Assembly (NCBI RefSeq): GCF_036321535.1
Contig: NC_087436.1
Span: 59,398,001-59,462,000, forward strand
Length of the DNA stretch: 64,000 nucleotides
Origin: Camelus dromedarius
Lineage: Eukaryota
Reading direction: 5' to 3'
In this document: piece after piece, positions 1 through 14,169 of the stretch
How positions within the stretch are numbered: position 1 is the first letter of the stretch
How the letters are laid out: the number at the start of each line of letters is the position of its first letter
The notes under the pieces: generated by a model
Seen by the model: only the letters and a program-made list of their open reading frames with translations
Told to the model about the DNA's origin: nothing
The model's database searches: none
Made by a program: the position numbers and the translations under genes

Positions 1-2464
1 TAAAGTTGGCAAGAAATATAAATAATTTTTGCATAAACTAGATGTCACTAGGTTCACTTCTGTATTATAATTGCTGGCTTTACAAAAGACTATCTGACTT
101 TTGAGATTCTAGATTTTAATTCACTTTTAGGCCCTTGTTTTGTTATGACATGTTAGTAACTGCCTTGCTTTTAGCCCCAGATAAATAGAGTCCCAGTACC
201 TTCTTGACTAAGGTCCTCTTATCTTCAGTTTATGAGCCATTTCCTAATTCTCATTCTCAGATGAAAGCATCTTCAGACTGATTCACTTTATGCTGTAACA
301 AAGAATTCCATGAAAGCACTATATCCTTTTATCTTTTGGTAAGAACATGATTGCAGGCTAAACTACAAATGTTTGAGACTCATTTGTTCACCATCAATGG
401 TGATTTATGTCACCCTCCTAAAAGGCACATTCTTATATGGTCTATATTGCCCAACTATTTGGGGAAAGTACATCACTTATATGGCTGAAGGGGCATCCAG
501 GCTTCTTTCCAGGAAATGCACTAAGACATTCAGCTAATGAAAATGTTTGAGATTTCTCTAAACTCATCAGTTGGAATATGCTCTCAGAAGATTCATTTTT
601 CTATTGTGTAACAAGCCTATTATGAAGGGGGAAATGTTTTTGTAATACTAAGGCTGAAAAGTTGTATCACTCCAACTGCCTTAGATTAGAAAGAGCTCAG
701 TACATTCTATGCACAAACAGACTAAGATTCTGTGAAATACGTAGAGCAATGTCCACAACTACAATTACCTCAGTGTTTTAACTTTATGAATCAACTGCTG
801 AATAATCCTACTCGATAAAGAACCAAGAGTTTAAAGAAGTGTAAAGGCCTTGCTCTAACATAGTTGGTCTCCACACTTTCTTAGTTGTCATTCTGTGTAA
901 CATTCAGATCATCAAGCCAGAGCTAACTCAGAGCTTGGTTTTCTTACATCACTTTTCTTTAGAAAGGTCCAGAGCTACCTATATAACAATGAATTAGAGA
1001 TTTTGTCTGAAATGAAGATTGACAAATTCTCACTAATTGGTGGGACGAAAGTCACACAGGTTAGGATCCATTGTGTCTGCCTTGCAACCTACTCTCAAAG
1101 TGATTTTTATGCACACCATGATGTTTAAAATAAGTCTAGTACTGAATGCCAGAGACTGACAATTCCAGTTTAGATAATTATATCACTATAGCTTCCTCAC
1201 TGGGAACAATCCATATGTTTAAGCCCTGGTCTTACTCAAGATTTTGACAAAGGAAAAGTTTGTCTCTTGAGCAGATTTTACCTTTGCAAGTTTCCTGAGG
1301 TAGAATTGACTAAACAGGGAATCATAAAATAAAAGAGAAAAGATAATAGTAAAAAAAAAAAAAAAAAGTGATAATGGTAAAAGACAGAAAGAAGGAAATT
1401 ATAGGGAGAGACATCAGCTAACATTTACCCACAAAGTTGCTAGGCTAACGTATGTAGGATGAAGCTGGGATTGATGACAGTAAGAAGACACTTAGGCAAA
1501 ATGGCAATCAGGTGAAATGTGCTAATTCTACATATGGATATTCATGAAAGATTACGTGTTACCTTAAGAGTACCAGCATCAATTCTCATCACCTGTACGT
1601 ATCATTTAGAGAAAATATTCAGCCTACTTTAATAATTTTGATCCTTGGTTGGGTATGACATTCAAAATGTGCCTAACTCACTTAAAGACAATTATTGTCA
1701 TGACAACGGAGGTGATTATCCTATGAATAATAATTATGATTCACCCACCATAAAACACAATTATATTTTGATCCAGCAGCACCTGAAACAATCTCTCTGC
1801 CAATATTTATGATATTGAAAAACAGTTACATTTATTTCCCATAGTCATATATTACTAAATCACAATTGAACAAACACTTACGTGGAATTCAAAAGAATGC
1901 CTTCTACTATTTGACCTGATTACTCCCTAATAACGTCAGTACAGTTTCCACACCTATTCAGCAAAAATGAGGTTGCCCTACTTTGGAAAAATACAGGACA
2001 TGAAACTTTATTTTAAACTATAAAAAGATATGTTGATTTCTGTCCCAATATAAATACAATCTATCACAAAGCTAGAATGATGGTAGACAAATAAGAAGCA
2101 AATCAAATAAAACATCATCTGTTTGCTATTTTAAAGAATGTGGAGTTAATGAAACTAAGGCTGGAGCAAAAACACCACTAAGACTCTAACTGAACACAGA
2201 TCAGGAGTTTTCCATTCCTTCTTAGTACATCAAGAATTATACACAATTTCAATGTATTTTCAAAAACTCTTGGATACATTTGAGGAAAAGGAGTCCTGGT
2301 TTACTAGTAATTCACATAAAATACGCTGAGAATTTTAGCTTTTTTATTACAGATATATCATGAGTCAGTATAAACTTGTATATATACCTCCCTTCCAGTA
2401 GGAGGTAAACAACTAATTTTTTAGCCTGGATTTTAGGGGTAAAATACCTAGGACAAAGATAAAA

Positions 2465-2668
2465 ATAAGGGCTTATATAGTGCTAATTATATACTAGATA
2501 CTATTCTAAGTGTTTATGTCCACTCAATCTTTTTGTCACCCTGTGTGGAGGGTACTATGTTTTTTCCATTTTGTGCATGAAGAAAACACAACTAGAAGAC
2601 AATGGAACCGTGATTCCAAGCTTGTCACTGTGACTCCAGAGTCTGTACCCTTACCTGCTAGACTGTTT
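2465..2668 (-). mobile_element. MIR SINE (ancient, diverged)
   Basis: Reverse-strand MIR hallmarks: 'ttccattttgtgcatgaagaaaac' (core) and 'tgactccagagtctgtacccttacc' (tRNA-like head). Confidence 0.7.
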
Positions 2669-2759
2669 TGCCTCACAAAGGGATAGACTAATGTCATGAA
2701 ATTGTGGACTAATCATACCACAGATGATTGTTGAATTCCATATGCCATAATTTAACAGA

Positions 2760-2935
2760 AGCATTAATGACATGAAAATTTCTGAAAATGAATGGTGAAC
2801 AGTCTAGAAATGATGCCAATTGAGTATGGGAGGGAGTGGAAACATCCAGATTTTAAATGAGACAACATCAGGGGGAAAAATAGTTTTCACATATTTGAAG
2901 GAAAGAATGCTAAAAGAGAGATTAGATGTACTCAA
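2760..2935 (+). mobile_element. CR1/L3 LINE fragment
   Basis: 'cagggggaaaaatagttttcacatatttgaagg...agagagattagatgtactc' resembles the L3 3' ORF2 region; heavily diverged. Confidence 0.4.
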
Positions 2936-4544
2936 AATATATCACTAAAATAAACATTTTAATTTTCTTCTTGTAAACTCTCAAAATTCCATCTGGATTT
3001 ACAAATGGCAAAAAGTACAAGTTATGCCTGCATAACTGCATAGCCTCATATTTTACAAATCACTATATAGTATTCAAATTTAGTCTATACTTATCAATTC
3101 GATAAAATCCAGCCCACTTTCCTACATCCTATAAAACATAACTATTTCTGGCTTCTCGGTCATTCTACAATATCCACTGTGGGGTGAAAAGTGTTGATTT
3201 TTGTTAGTCAACTTCTAATTGAGCTATCTGCTCAGACTCCAGGATTTAGTTTTAATTGAAACATCTATTAGAGCAACAGCAGAATAAGAAAAAAAAAAAA
3301 GCAAACTGATGAGTATCTTCAAAGAATTAAATTAGAATCAGAGTAAATGTTGAATGGTGAGATTGAATTTTAAAGGTTTATAATTCTTGTTTATCAAAGC
3401 TAATGGAGGAAGAAGGACAGGAGTGGAGTGAACAAAGAGATCTGACTGGAAAATGGATATTAAGCTGAAACTCTCAAGGCACTTCTGACAAGCAGATTTT
3501 ACATAATTGAAAATTAAAGGTATTTCCCATTTACTTTTGAATTTTTATTCTGTGATTGCCTTCTTATTTAATGCCTTCAATGTTTGTATTTATGTCTACT
3601 TTTGGAAAATATTTTTTAGGACTGTAAAATGAGAAAATAATATATTTGTATTTCTAGAAATGTTCATTGAATGCCTGACAGAACAAAATAAAAACCTCCA
3701 AATGTAGTTATTGATATCACTTATTCTGAATTTATTAGTAATAGTTTCACTAAGTCATAAATTGTTCTTGAAGATACATATTTTTTATTCATTTATGAAA
3801 TCGAATGCTACACCTATAGGAGAAGATAAAGAAAAACTTAAAATATACTTTAAATGATGCATGCTGGTCACTAAATTGAATTTATAGGCTAAACAGATCA
3901 TCTGTTGAGACTGAAAGATATATTTAGGATTTCTTTTTGGTTTAGCTTACAGGCTGGACTTTGATTTCAGTACTTGAGTAAAAAGCTGGGGTTCAAATTA
4001 GAAATCTTTCTATAGGACAGTATTATTCCATGCTTCCAATCAGTAAAAGGGAAAGTTATCAAAGAGAAAAACCTTAATAGCATTTTAATGGTATATTCTG
4101 ATAATGGCCTAATCAGCATTTTACACAAACTTATCCTTTAAATTAGGCATTAGATTTTGTGCTTGAGAGACTTGAGAAGTGCATTCCATTCACTAATATA
4201 AATAAAACCCTTGTTCAGTGACTCTCCTTGAACTCCAACAAGATATCCTTTGGTGAGGGTACTTATCTGAAAACTATTATTTCCTTATGTCTTTCATTTC
4301 ACTTTCCAAAGATGTTATCTCTAACATACGTACTTAATAAAATACAGTGATGTTGTTTTTTTTAACAAAGACCCGGAGAGACCTTTATGAATAAGTGAGT
4401 ACAAACTAGGCACTTTAAAAAGTCTGATTTCTTAGAGAAAGGCACTTCCTTCTTTTTTTGGAGTAGGATAATTCTGTGACCCTACCCGTCTTTCTTTCCC
4501 TCCTTTCCTCTCCTCCCTCTCTTACTTCATAAAGGCAAGATATG

Positions 4545-4770
4545 CCTCTTTAAAATTCAAACATAACCGGATATAAAGTAACCAATAAATGTCTCTCTCC
4601 AATCCCCTCCAGCCCAAGTAAATAAGAGTTCTACTCCCCAGAGACTGTCACTGTTCATACTTCTTGAGTTCCCATCTTGGAATTTTTATGCATATGCATC
4701 CATGTGTATGTATACATTTTTACACAGGGTGAAACTATAAATACTCTTCTGTAGCTTCAATTTTTTCTAT
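4545..4770 (-). mobile_element. Old L1 (L1ME-type) 3' UTR fragment
   Basis: 'ctccccagagactgtcactgtt...tttttatgcatatgc' matches the antisense 3' UTR pattern of old L1M elements. Confidence 0.5.
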
Positions 4771-4934
4771 ATTAGGTAACAGGAAACTATCTTAATTTTC
4801 TGACATTTTCATTAAAAGTCCACTGTAAAAGCAACCCTTAAAAGAGTCAGCTTTGAAAAACACTCCAATATTGGGATATGCATAGATATACACTATTTTA
4901 TTTTTAGCAACATATATTTATATTATTAAATTAT

Positions 4935-5345
4935 CTTAAGTTCTGAGTAGGTTAATACATATTCACAATACAAAATTCAAGTTATAAAAATGTATACCAT
5001 GACAAACAGTTTTCATTACTATTCCTGTTTTCTAGCCACATGACTCCCTTACCAGAGCAACCAGTTATTGCAAGCATATTTGTATTTTTATCTATTTGCT
5101 TTCTATCAAAATGATAGCATATTATACATACTATTCTGCACACTTTTCCCTTAAACTATCTCAAGGATAGTTCCATATCAATACATATGATCCACTAGGC
5201 TTGTACCAAGAATGCAGAACATTCTACTATACAGATGTTAACATAATTTATTGAAACATTCCACTGTCAATGGACATTGAGATTATTTTCAAACTTTTAC
5301 TATTGCAGACAAACACCGCACTAAATATTCTTACTTACATTACTT
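4935..5345 (-). mobile_element. Old L1 (L1ME-type) 3' fragment
   Basis: 'atggacattgagattattttcaaacttttactattgcagacaaacaccgcac' and 'gttccatatcaatacatat' are typical of antisense L1ME. Confidence 0.7.
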
Positions 5346-5952
5346 GTTTGCCACACCAATGGTGATCCATGTGATTTATCATCAGTCTATTCTACTAAGC
5401 TTCTTGTTGCCAAATCACTTATAAAAAGCTCCCAAAGCTATCCTGTTCAGCTCCCCAGTGTTCCAAATAAAGGACTGTCTTTACTCCTTAAGATTTCTAA
5501 CAATCTTTAAAGAATTGTTTTGTGCTAGTTTTAGCTGAGATCAGCATCCAGATGCCAGCTTTAAAGCTCTCCTTATAACCCCATTTGACCTCCAAGACAT
5601 TTCTCAGTTCTTCCTCATTTGTTTCATTCGTTGATACAGACAGACTCCGCTTTATACATATTTGTGTGCATTTTTTCTTGTTTTCGTTTTTTTGGCTACG
5701 AGGTAAAGGAGACAGAGTCCATCTTCTTTCCACTTACAGTCAGAAATAAAACAATTGAAAGGCTTTAGGTCATGTTGCTAGTTAATAAAATATATAAGTA
5801 GGGAAGAAAATACTTTTTTCATAATATAAATATAAAAATGATCTTATTCTTTCTGCTGTTTAATGTATTAATATTTTATTTATACTTGGGGATATAGCTC
5901 CAATAGAATGGAGCTCAAAAATAATTTTTAAAGAAATACACTTTTTAAAATA

Positions 5953-6202
5953 CAGTTGACTTTTGAACAACACAGGTTTGAACTATGCAGGTCCACTTAT
6001 ATACAGATTTCTTTTTTTAACAGTAAATACTACAGTACAACACAATCCACCATTGGTTGAATCTGGGGATGCAGAACCTCAGATATGGAGAAACCATGGG
6101 TAAGGAGGGACCACATATACAGACCAACTATCAGTTATACACAGATCTTCCACTGTACAGGAGATTGGTGCCCCAACCCCGACACTGTTCAAGGGTCAAC
6201 TG
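5953..6202. mobile_element. Tigger2/MER8-type MITE (Tc1/mariner), complete
   Basis: Terminal inverted repeats cagttgacttttgaacaac / ctgttcaagggtcaactg; TA target duplication on both sides (5951-5952, 6203-6204); 250 bp. Confidence 0.92.
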
Positions 6203-7132
6203 TATTTTTTTCAAGTGTATTTCTTTCAAAATCATTTTTGTTTGTTTATTTTTAGGCTGTTATGTATCATCATCTTATATTATGTTTATGTAAATTTTAA
6301 AGTTGGTATACTCTAAAGTTGGTAAGAAGTTAAAAATGTTTAAATTTTTGGTGTGTGTGTGTATACATATATACAAATGTGTGTGCACATATGTTTCCTT
6401 CATAAACAATCTTGAAAGTATGTTTTTTTAAACCAAAGAAACAGATGTTCTCTTTAAAAAAAAATAAAAATGTATCCTTTTAGCAAAAACTTGTTACTTT
6501 TCAAGCCTACTGGATAATTATTCTATTTAAAATTATACCTTACTTTAAGAAATCAAGCAGCAGGATTCTCCAAAATAAATTTATTCAAATTATGACAAGT
6601 TTTTAATCTTCTTAATATACTTTCTGTTTCTTTCACTGTTCAATCTAGGGTTCTTTTAATGATTGGAGAAGGGGCTGGGAAGGTCCCTGGGCAGGCAAGC
6701 TTGACACCTGGCATGGTAAAAATGCTATTTGTGGACTGGCCTGGTTAAAAAATTCACAGGACTGCCTACCCAGAAAAATATGTTGACTGGCTGAAACTGA
6801 TACCTTAAAAATAAAAACCAAGTGATGAATCTATATATTCTCTTTTTATTTCTTCTGAACTTTTATACACACCTGTCTTATTCACAGTGATCCCATTACA
6901 AAATGTATAATTCTTAACCATCTGAGTTAGAGAATTGGAGTCATTGACTTTTTTTCCTCAAAATTGACTAAGTATATGGTATCTTTTAAAGAAACAAAGA
7001 ATAAAATTCATAGACACCATTTTGAGAATATAATTTAACTAGGTATTTTATGAAAGGCCTTTCTGTTGCAAAACAAGTTTTGTCTTCATACACATGCACA
7101 ACAGAGTATTATTAAAATCAAGAAACAAACTT

Positions 7133-8094
7133 TTTAAATTTTGTATACAATTTTAAAGGTTATTTCCCATTTATAATTATTGTAAAATATTGGCTATATT
7201 CCCCATGTTGTTCAATACATCCTTGAAGCCTCTTATACCCAATAGTTTGTACCTCCCACTCCCCAACCCCTGTATTGCCCCTCCCTCTTCTCACTGGTAA
7301 CCACTAGTTTGGTCTCTCTATCCATGATTCTACTTCTTTTTTCTTATATTCACTAGTTTGTTGTATTTTTTAGATTCCAAATAAATTGATATCATACAGT
7401 ATTTGTCTTTATCTGACTTATTTCATTTAGAAAATGCCCTCCAAGTCCATACAGTTTGCTGCAAATGGCAAAATTTTGTTCTATTTATGGCTGAATAGTA
7501 TTTCACTGTATATATACATCTTCTTTATCCATTCATTTATTGATGGACACTTAGGTTTCTTCCATATCTTGACAACTGTAACTACTGCTTCTATGAACTG
7601 TAGGGTGCAAGTATCTTTTTGAATCAGTGTTTTGGGCTTTTTTTTTTTTTTTTTTTTTTTTTGGATACCCAGGAGTGGAACTGCTGGGTCATATGGTAGT
7701 TCTATTTTTAGTTTTTTGACAGTGGCTGCACCAATTTACATTCCCACCAGCAGTGTACAGGGGTTCCCTTTTCTCCACGTCATCGTCAACATTTGTTACT
7801 TGTGCTCTTTCTGATAACCAATCTGATAGGTGTGAGGTGATATCTCATTGTGGTTTTAATTTGCATTTCCTGATGATTAGTGACAATGAGCATCTTTTCA
7901 TGTGCCTTTTGGCCTTCTGCGTGTCTTCTTCGGAAAAAACATCTATTCAGCTCTTCTGCCCATTTTTTAACCAGCAAAATTTTTTGATGTTGAGCTGTAA
8001 GAGTTGTTTATATATGGTGGCTATTAATCCTATAGGTCACATCATTTGCAAATATTTTCTCCCATTCAGTAGGTTGTCCTTTTGTTTTGTCAAT
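7133..8094 (-). mobile_element. 5'-truncated LINE-1 (ORF2 C-terminus plus 3' UTR)
   Basis: ORF 7786-7977(-) translates to L1 ORF2 'KKWAEELNR...[16 protein letters not shown]'. Probable TSD aagaaacaaactt (7120-7132) / aagaagcaaactt (8097-8109), followed by AA as expected for an L1 endonuclease site. Confidence 0.95.
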
Positions 8095-8386
8095 AGAAGA
8101 AGCAAACTTAAAAATAAAAGCTCTCAAGTTCTTCTCTGAGTTAAAAAGTAGCCTCCAGTTATGAGAAACCGCTGTCATTTTTTACTCTATTTTCTGCTTA
8201 CCAATTCCTTTACTTGCTGATTTTCTTGATATCTTATTAAATGTTTTCTGTTGTTTTAAGATGTAGCTATTTTCAACTCCTTTAATGTAAAAGAATTTTT
8301 TGTAGTCTTAGTAAATCTAGCACTTATGCATTATATATTTTAGATAACTAAAAATAAATTGTAGAAAACAATTAATTGATATGTTG

Positions 8387-8416
8387 AGGTTCCTTACATA
8401 AAGGTTCCTTACGTAA
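8387..8416. repeat. 15-bp tandem duplication
   Basis: aggttccttacataa / aggttccttacgtaa, with one mismatch at a CpG. Confidence 0.9.
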
Positions 8417-8469
8417 AGTAATGGGTAACAATATAATTTATGTCATAATTTATGAAGTTATAGGTAGTA

Positions 8470-8702
8470 ACTTTGGAGTATGCAGGTAATGTCAGGCATT
8501 TTGTTAGAAGTTTTATGTGAATCATTTCATTTAATCCTCAAATTCATGTGTTAACTATATTATGATTATTACGGCTATTTTATAGATGTTGCAACTGTCA
8601 CTGAGATACATCTGCTCAATGTCACATAGCCAGTGTCTACTGAAGTGATATCCAAACTCAGATAATCTTGATCTAGAGCACATAATGTTCTAAACCACTG
8701 GG
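8470..8702 (-). mobile_element. MIR SINE
   Basis: 'tcatttcatttaatcctca...attttatagatg...gtcacatagccagtg...ctaaaccactg'. Confidence 0.72.
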
Positions 8703-10489
8703 TTACATGATTTGTTGTATTTAAACAGCAAGCTCCAAAATGGAATTCAAATGTACTTAGATTTATCCAAAAATCTCACACCAAGAAAAATAGGAAAAAA
8801 AAATATATTCAACTTGGTTCAAAGTTACAGACAGTAAGTGGTGAAGTCCCCTTTGCATGCTTCAAAGTGCATTCATGTCCTTAAATCCCACAACAAAATT
8901 ATTTCTCATTGAGGATCCCATCAAGGTGCACTCACTCCATAGTCCAGCTCAGATGTACTTAGATCTGTTCATTCACATCACACACGACACCCTCTCTCCA
9001 CACAAACACACAATAGTAAGCCATGTAGCACTGTGATCTATTTGTGTTTAAGAATACAATCTTTTAAATTACTGACACAAAATTCTCCTTTACTTTAGTT
9101 TCAGATTTTCAAAACTTACTTTTTTCTCTCTTGCAAATTCCAAGGATTTACCATAGCTGTGTCATACAAACAACTGTCAGAAATTCAAACTTAATAAATG
9201 CATATATGTATACATTTTTCCAAATTAACAGACTCACCCTCCATATGTTTTGTGACATCTGAGTCACCATCATTTCCTGCCTTACATCTTTCTTTAATCT
9301 TGGTTTTTAAAATCACTCTTTAATGTGTCTCGCATTGTCTTCTTTTATTTACTCCTTTTCTCCCTTTATTTATTCATTTTAGGGATTTTGTTCTGTTCCT
9401 ATTTTTTGTTTGTCAGTTTACAAATTATTTCCACTTCCCTTATCCAGGCCAGTATCTCCCTTATGTTCTGTGCTTACAGAATCAATATCTGAGCTCAGAA
9501 GTTTAGATACTTACATTCTACCAAAAGAATGACCTATATTCCAGGCTCCTTTCAATTTCATTTTAAAGTTTTCCCTGAGTATACAATGTATTACAATTTA
9601 CCCAGTGCCACACAGATTAAAAGAATCAAGATTAGGATTTAAACCAAATTCTGACTATAAAGCCTGCCTGCATATAAATACACAAGAGATTCAGAACTAA
9701 TCCACATGAGGTTACAGCCACAAAACACTCACACGTCAATGGCAGAGAGAAATAGTGCACAGATCTGTCTTCTATTGTGGGTTCTTGTGCTAGTATTTAG
9801 TTAAAAATTGTCTATGTCAGAAAATGCTTCTCAAATTATTTCATTTACCCTTCAACATCCAGGAATATTTTACCTTTCTTTTTTATTTCTAAAGGAAAGA
9901 AAATTATGTAGGTTGTGTAACCATCACCATTACACATGAATTTTAACATATAGTCTTGGATCAAAAATATATTCATCTCTTTAAGGTAAAATTCTATCAC
10001 AATATAATTTTATTTAGAGGATTCTATCTCACCATGATACAAACTTCTAAAAAGTGTTATTTTTACAAATAAAATTAAGAAACTGTGCTTTAAAAATTCA
10101 AATTTCCCATAAAATTTATTTATTTATTTTTTACCTAAATAGTAACTCAGTGGATAACTCTGTAGGCATTTGATACCATCTCCTCTAATATTTACCTACT
10201 ACATGTATTATTCATTCTTAATCCCTATGAGTCAACATCATATAATTTAACATCTATTGTTAAATTTGCTTTCTCCTTCTAGGCTCTTCTTAAAGTCTGA
10301 AGGAATTAATTTATTGCCAAAAAAAGTTATAATGAGAAGAGGGGATAAAAGTTTGGAAAACAATTTTATATTTAACGCCCACATTATTTTAGTATCGATG
10401 AGCACATTTAAAAGGGAAGATACTATGATGCTACTAATTTCAAGACTTACACCTGACACTTCAGATCTCCTAAGTATTGATATTTTTGG

Positions 10490-10688
10490 CCCATGTAGTA
10501 TGAATTGGTTATCTACATAGATAAAATTACATAACTTACTATTAAATTTAAATAAAGTTAAATAAAATTCAGTTTGTCACAGCAGCCACATTTCAAATGT
10601 TCACTAGTCATATACAATTCGTGGCTACTGATGGGTAGTGCAGATACAAAATATCTCAACTATCACCCAGAGTTCTATTGGATAGCTT
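10490..10688 (-). mobile_element. MER3-type hAT-Charlie MITE
   Basis: 'aaattcagtt...agccacatttcaaatgttcactag...gtggctac...agttctattggatagc' is the reverse of MER3. Confidence 0.65.
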
Positions 10689-11479
10689 TATGAACGTAGA
10701 AAAACCTTTGGTTTTTGCTATTTAGCCACAGATTTATTTAAGAATGAATATTAAAACATAGACCTCATCTCTTTGCCTCCTAGAGGGTACCTCTATTTTA
10801 TTTTGTCTCTTCTTGTTGGACTTGCATGCTTTTGTAAAAGATTGCCATTGCATTCAATGTATGTAAGTAGCATGGCAGATAAACGCAGATTGATGTAAAT
10901 GAATTTGAAGCAATGTTAATTCACAACGTTTCAGCTAATTTGTTTTGCAAGCCAGGATAAGGCTTTTGTTTGCTTTTTTTTTTACATTAGGTGTAAACAT
11001 TATTTTCAGTAACAGCAGAGTCAAAGCACTAACTTTGAAACAAAATAGAACAAAACTTTGACCAACTTCTGAAGTAGCTGCATTTCGAGCTTCTTTCCAA
11101 ATATGAAAATTGTTCAGAAAGCATATTTTAGTTATAAAAAAGTAGCTTAGCATTAATTTTTTATACTCAATAAATATTGTATTCTTGAAAGGTTCAACTT
11201 TCTGCTGCCTTTTCTTCTCCACTCACAAGGTCTAAACAAGGTCACAATAGCAGTTAAGCTTTCCCTCCTCTATATCTTCTCTCTCACCCTTTTTACCTCA
11301 GTGTGTGCATCTGAAATAATATGGAATTAATGTATTTTCTTCATAACAACTTTATTGTGTGCATTTTTTTCACAGTACACACATTGCAAGATATCATATT
11401 TAAAGGATCCAGAGTATTTAGTTATAGTAAGCTATAATAATTCCCTCATTGCACAATTTGTTTTATTCTAAATTTATTC

Positions 11480-11650
11480 TTATAAATTATGATCTGTAGT
11501 ACTTCGTGTTTCTCTGAGCACATACCACACTATATAGTTAGGATGTTTATTAATGGTCAGTTTCTAGCATGATAGTACAAGTACAATGAATTCAAGGACT
11601 GGAAGACAGATGCCTAGGTCATCTCGATATCTGCAATGCTCAGTGGAGAA
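11480..11650 (+). mobile_element. L2 3' fragment
   Basis: Weak similarity to the L2 3' end ('tcatctcgatatctgcaatgctcag'). Confidence 0.35.
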
Positions 11651-12949
11651 CATGATCATCTTTTAACCTTAATTTTAAATTTATGACTGAAATACTTCAT
11701 AAAAAGGCAGTAATTACTTTAGAGATCATTTTAAACTACATGTATTTGACCTGATAGAACATTATAATAAGAAAAAAAATAAAATTATCTTAACTTTATT
11801 ATGTGATAAATATATTTTTGAGATTTATTTTCCAATTAAAGCCTAGGGATATTTTATTTCATTGATAATACATGGGTATGAACTGTATTGAGCAAACGCA
11901 CATAACCTTTTATTTGGAGCTCTTAATAATATAAATGTGTTCAATAAATATGTGTGGTTTGATCAATACACCCTGGGAATGGAGACAGAAGAAATTCTGA
12001 GTTGCTCAAAGGACTTGCACTTCAATACTTAGACTGTTTTCAACAAAGAAACTCATGAACATCTATTTCAAGAAATTTTATATTTATACTAAAGTACCAG
12101 AAGATTATTTCTTATACATAATAACAATGAAATGACTTATGTTGTGATTACTGAGATGTTGGAAGAAATCAATTGTATTATAACGGGAAAATATTTAAAA
12201 ATAGAAATAAGTACTTTTGTTAAAGTAATCACTAACAAGTTGACATCAACTTGACAGATTATATAAGATGCAATGTAAAATAACAAGTCTTTGCATATCT
12301 TTATATATTTTTTATCACACAGAATTTTAGGATTCTAAGTTATCACAGAGGTAGCTTAATCCTTTGGAGATGTTACTTTACCTACCTAAATACATATATT
12401 AACTATATCAGTTAATTTTCTGACATACTCAATTTCTCCTACATATACTGATTGACCCAAGAGTAAGCACTTGTTTTAGTAAGAGGATTCATCCATGGCC
12501 TAAATTCATCCAGAAGTACTACCTCTTCAATAGTTTGAATTAAGTGACTCCATAGACAAATATTTTCTGTGAATATAACTGTCATAGCAAACCAACATCA
12601 GCCTTTTAGCCCCCACACTTGGGTGATATGCTGACATGCTTGAAGAACAGTACATGGTCAATAACAATTTTATTATATGGGTATGTGTGATATGCAGGTA
12701 TGAAGGAAATAGAAGATTTGTGCCATACTGAGATCAGAACAATAGAGAGAATATCTGAAGCTGTCTGAGTAAAAGAAGTGGGAAAAAAGAATCCCAGTAT
12801 TAGACAGTTGAGAATGTGGAGATACAACTATAGTACCTACTAGGAAATTTTGACTAAGTTTTGCTGTGTAGAGTGGAGTATGACCCTTTCCATGGTTATC
12901 TATATTGCATGCCATAGATTTGAGAGATAGATTGTCTTTTAAGTTGATT

Positions 12950-13335
12950 CATGGTGAGGACAGAAGCCACCTAAACATCCCAGTAACCTCGGTTATTCTT
13001 GAATGGATAAAACGTATCTGGTCAAGGCTATAGTGAGTAACATGGATACCAAAGCCATGTGTTAGCAAAAAGATTCATGATTTGAACAAGTAAGATGGTC
13101 CTCACAGAGAACAATGGATCAGACATAGGGAGAAGTAGAGGCCAAAAGAGAGAAATCTATGGAAAGAGTAAAATACCTAGCCTTCTATTTTTTTAAGTTT
13201 CCAATTCGAGGTCCTGGTTCCATAAACTGTTCCTTGTTTTCTGTCCCTAATAGTCCCTGAGACATACTATTGGATCTTTACTATAAATCCTGCTATGAGC
13301 TAACTAGAGTAGTTTTGTGATTTTTGCAAATTGCA
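12950..13335 (+). mobile_element. Ancient ERVL/MaLR-type LTR remnant
   Basis: 3' end 'tataaatcc...gctaactagagtagttttgtgatttttgcaa' resembles the U5 end of old ERVL LTRs; the 5' limit is uncertain. Confidence 0.35.
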
Positions 13336-14169
13336 AGATGTAACAAAAATGCCTTCTCATGTTTCTAGGGGAAGACCTGAGAAAAGAACATATGTTTTCA
13401 TAACCCCAGCCTGGGCTCTCTCCATGTTATCATGCTCTTGGCTAGATCATTTTTTCTCTGTGATACAAAACAAAGGATGTTATATGACAGATCCTTAATT
13501 CTGGAAAATCTCAGAATGATACAGTATCATAAGCTTTGTAAAAATACGTTCATGAAGACGTTAGCAAAAAAAAAAAAAAAAAGCCACATATAAGTTTGAC
13601 TCCTAATACGACTTTTGTGCCTGAAATACGGATAATATCTTAGATAAACATTATCTAACTCAAACTGACATGATTTTGCTAGGCTACCAACAATCAACTT
13701 CGTCAGATCTTTTCAGAGTATTCCACCAGAAACTGAAATGTGATTTTTATTTGAAAAGTGTTTTATGTTGTTTAAATACTGAATATTGCTAATGTTTTTT
13801 TTTTTTAAACAGAGTAGTCCTAAAGAAGAAAACATACTATTAACAATAAAGAAACAAAAAGGAAAGAGTGCATGTTGACTTGTGAGCACAGATCATCACA
13901 GGCTACCTTTGGCTGTAATGTTATGATCACTGGAACAACCTCCTTCCAGACACATGTGCATTAGGAACATATGGAGTGTTTTTAGAGTACTTGAGCAAAA
14001 GAAAATTTTACAAGGATATATATAAATATACACCATGCAAGGTAGATAAAAGAAATATTCCTCATACTAATTTTACCAAAAAAATTTAACAGTCAAGATA
14101 AGCAAATAACATAGCAAACACTGTCCCTCCCCACAAAAATGAGTTGGAATAGCAAATACTTGTATTTGT

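Noticed and set aside
261..338. Possible 78-nt exon (ctcattctcag|...ttg|gtaaga)
   Set aside because: Stops in all three frames and no other support; such pseudo-exons are common.
1235..1272. Small hairpin ctcaaga-tttt-gacaaa...tttgtc-tcttgag
   Set aside because: Too short and bulged for a pre-miRNA; compatible with chance.
5497..5733. 78-aa minus-strand ORF with an internal acceptor-like site
   Set aside because: Non-ATG start, no recognisable domain and no convincing donor; part may be decayed L2.
13813..13878. Possible terminal coding exon after a T-tract acceptor (SSPKEENILLTIKKQKGKSAC*)
   Set aside because: No upstream exon, and no protein recognised.
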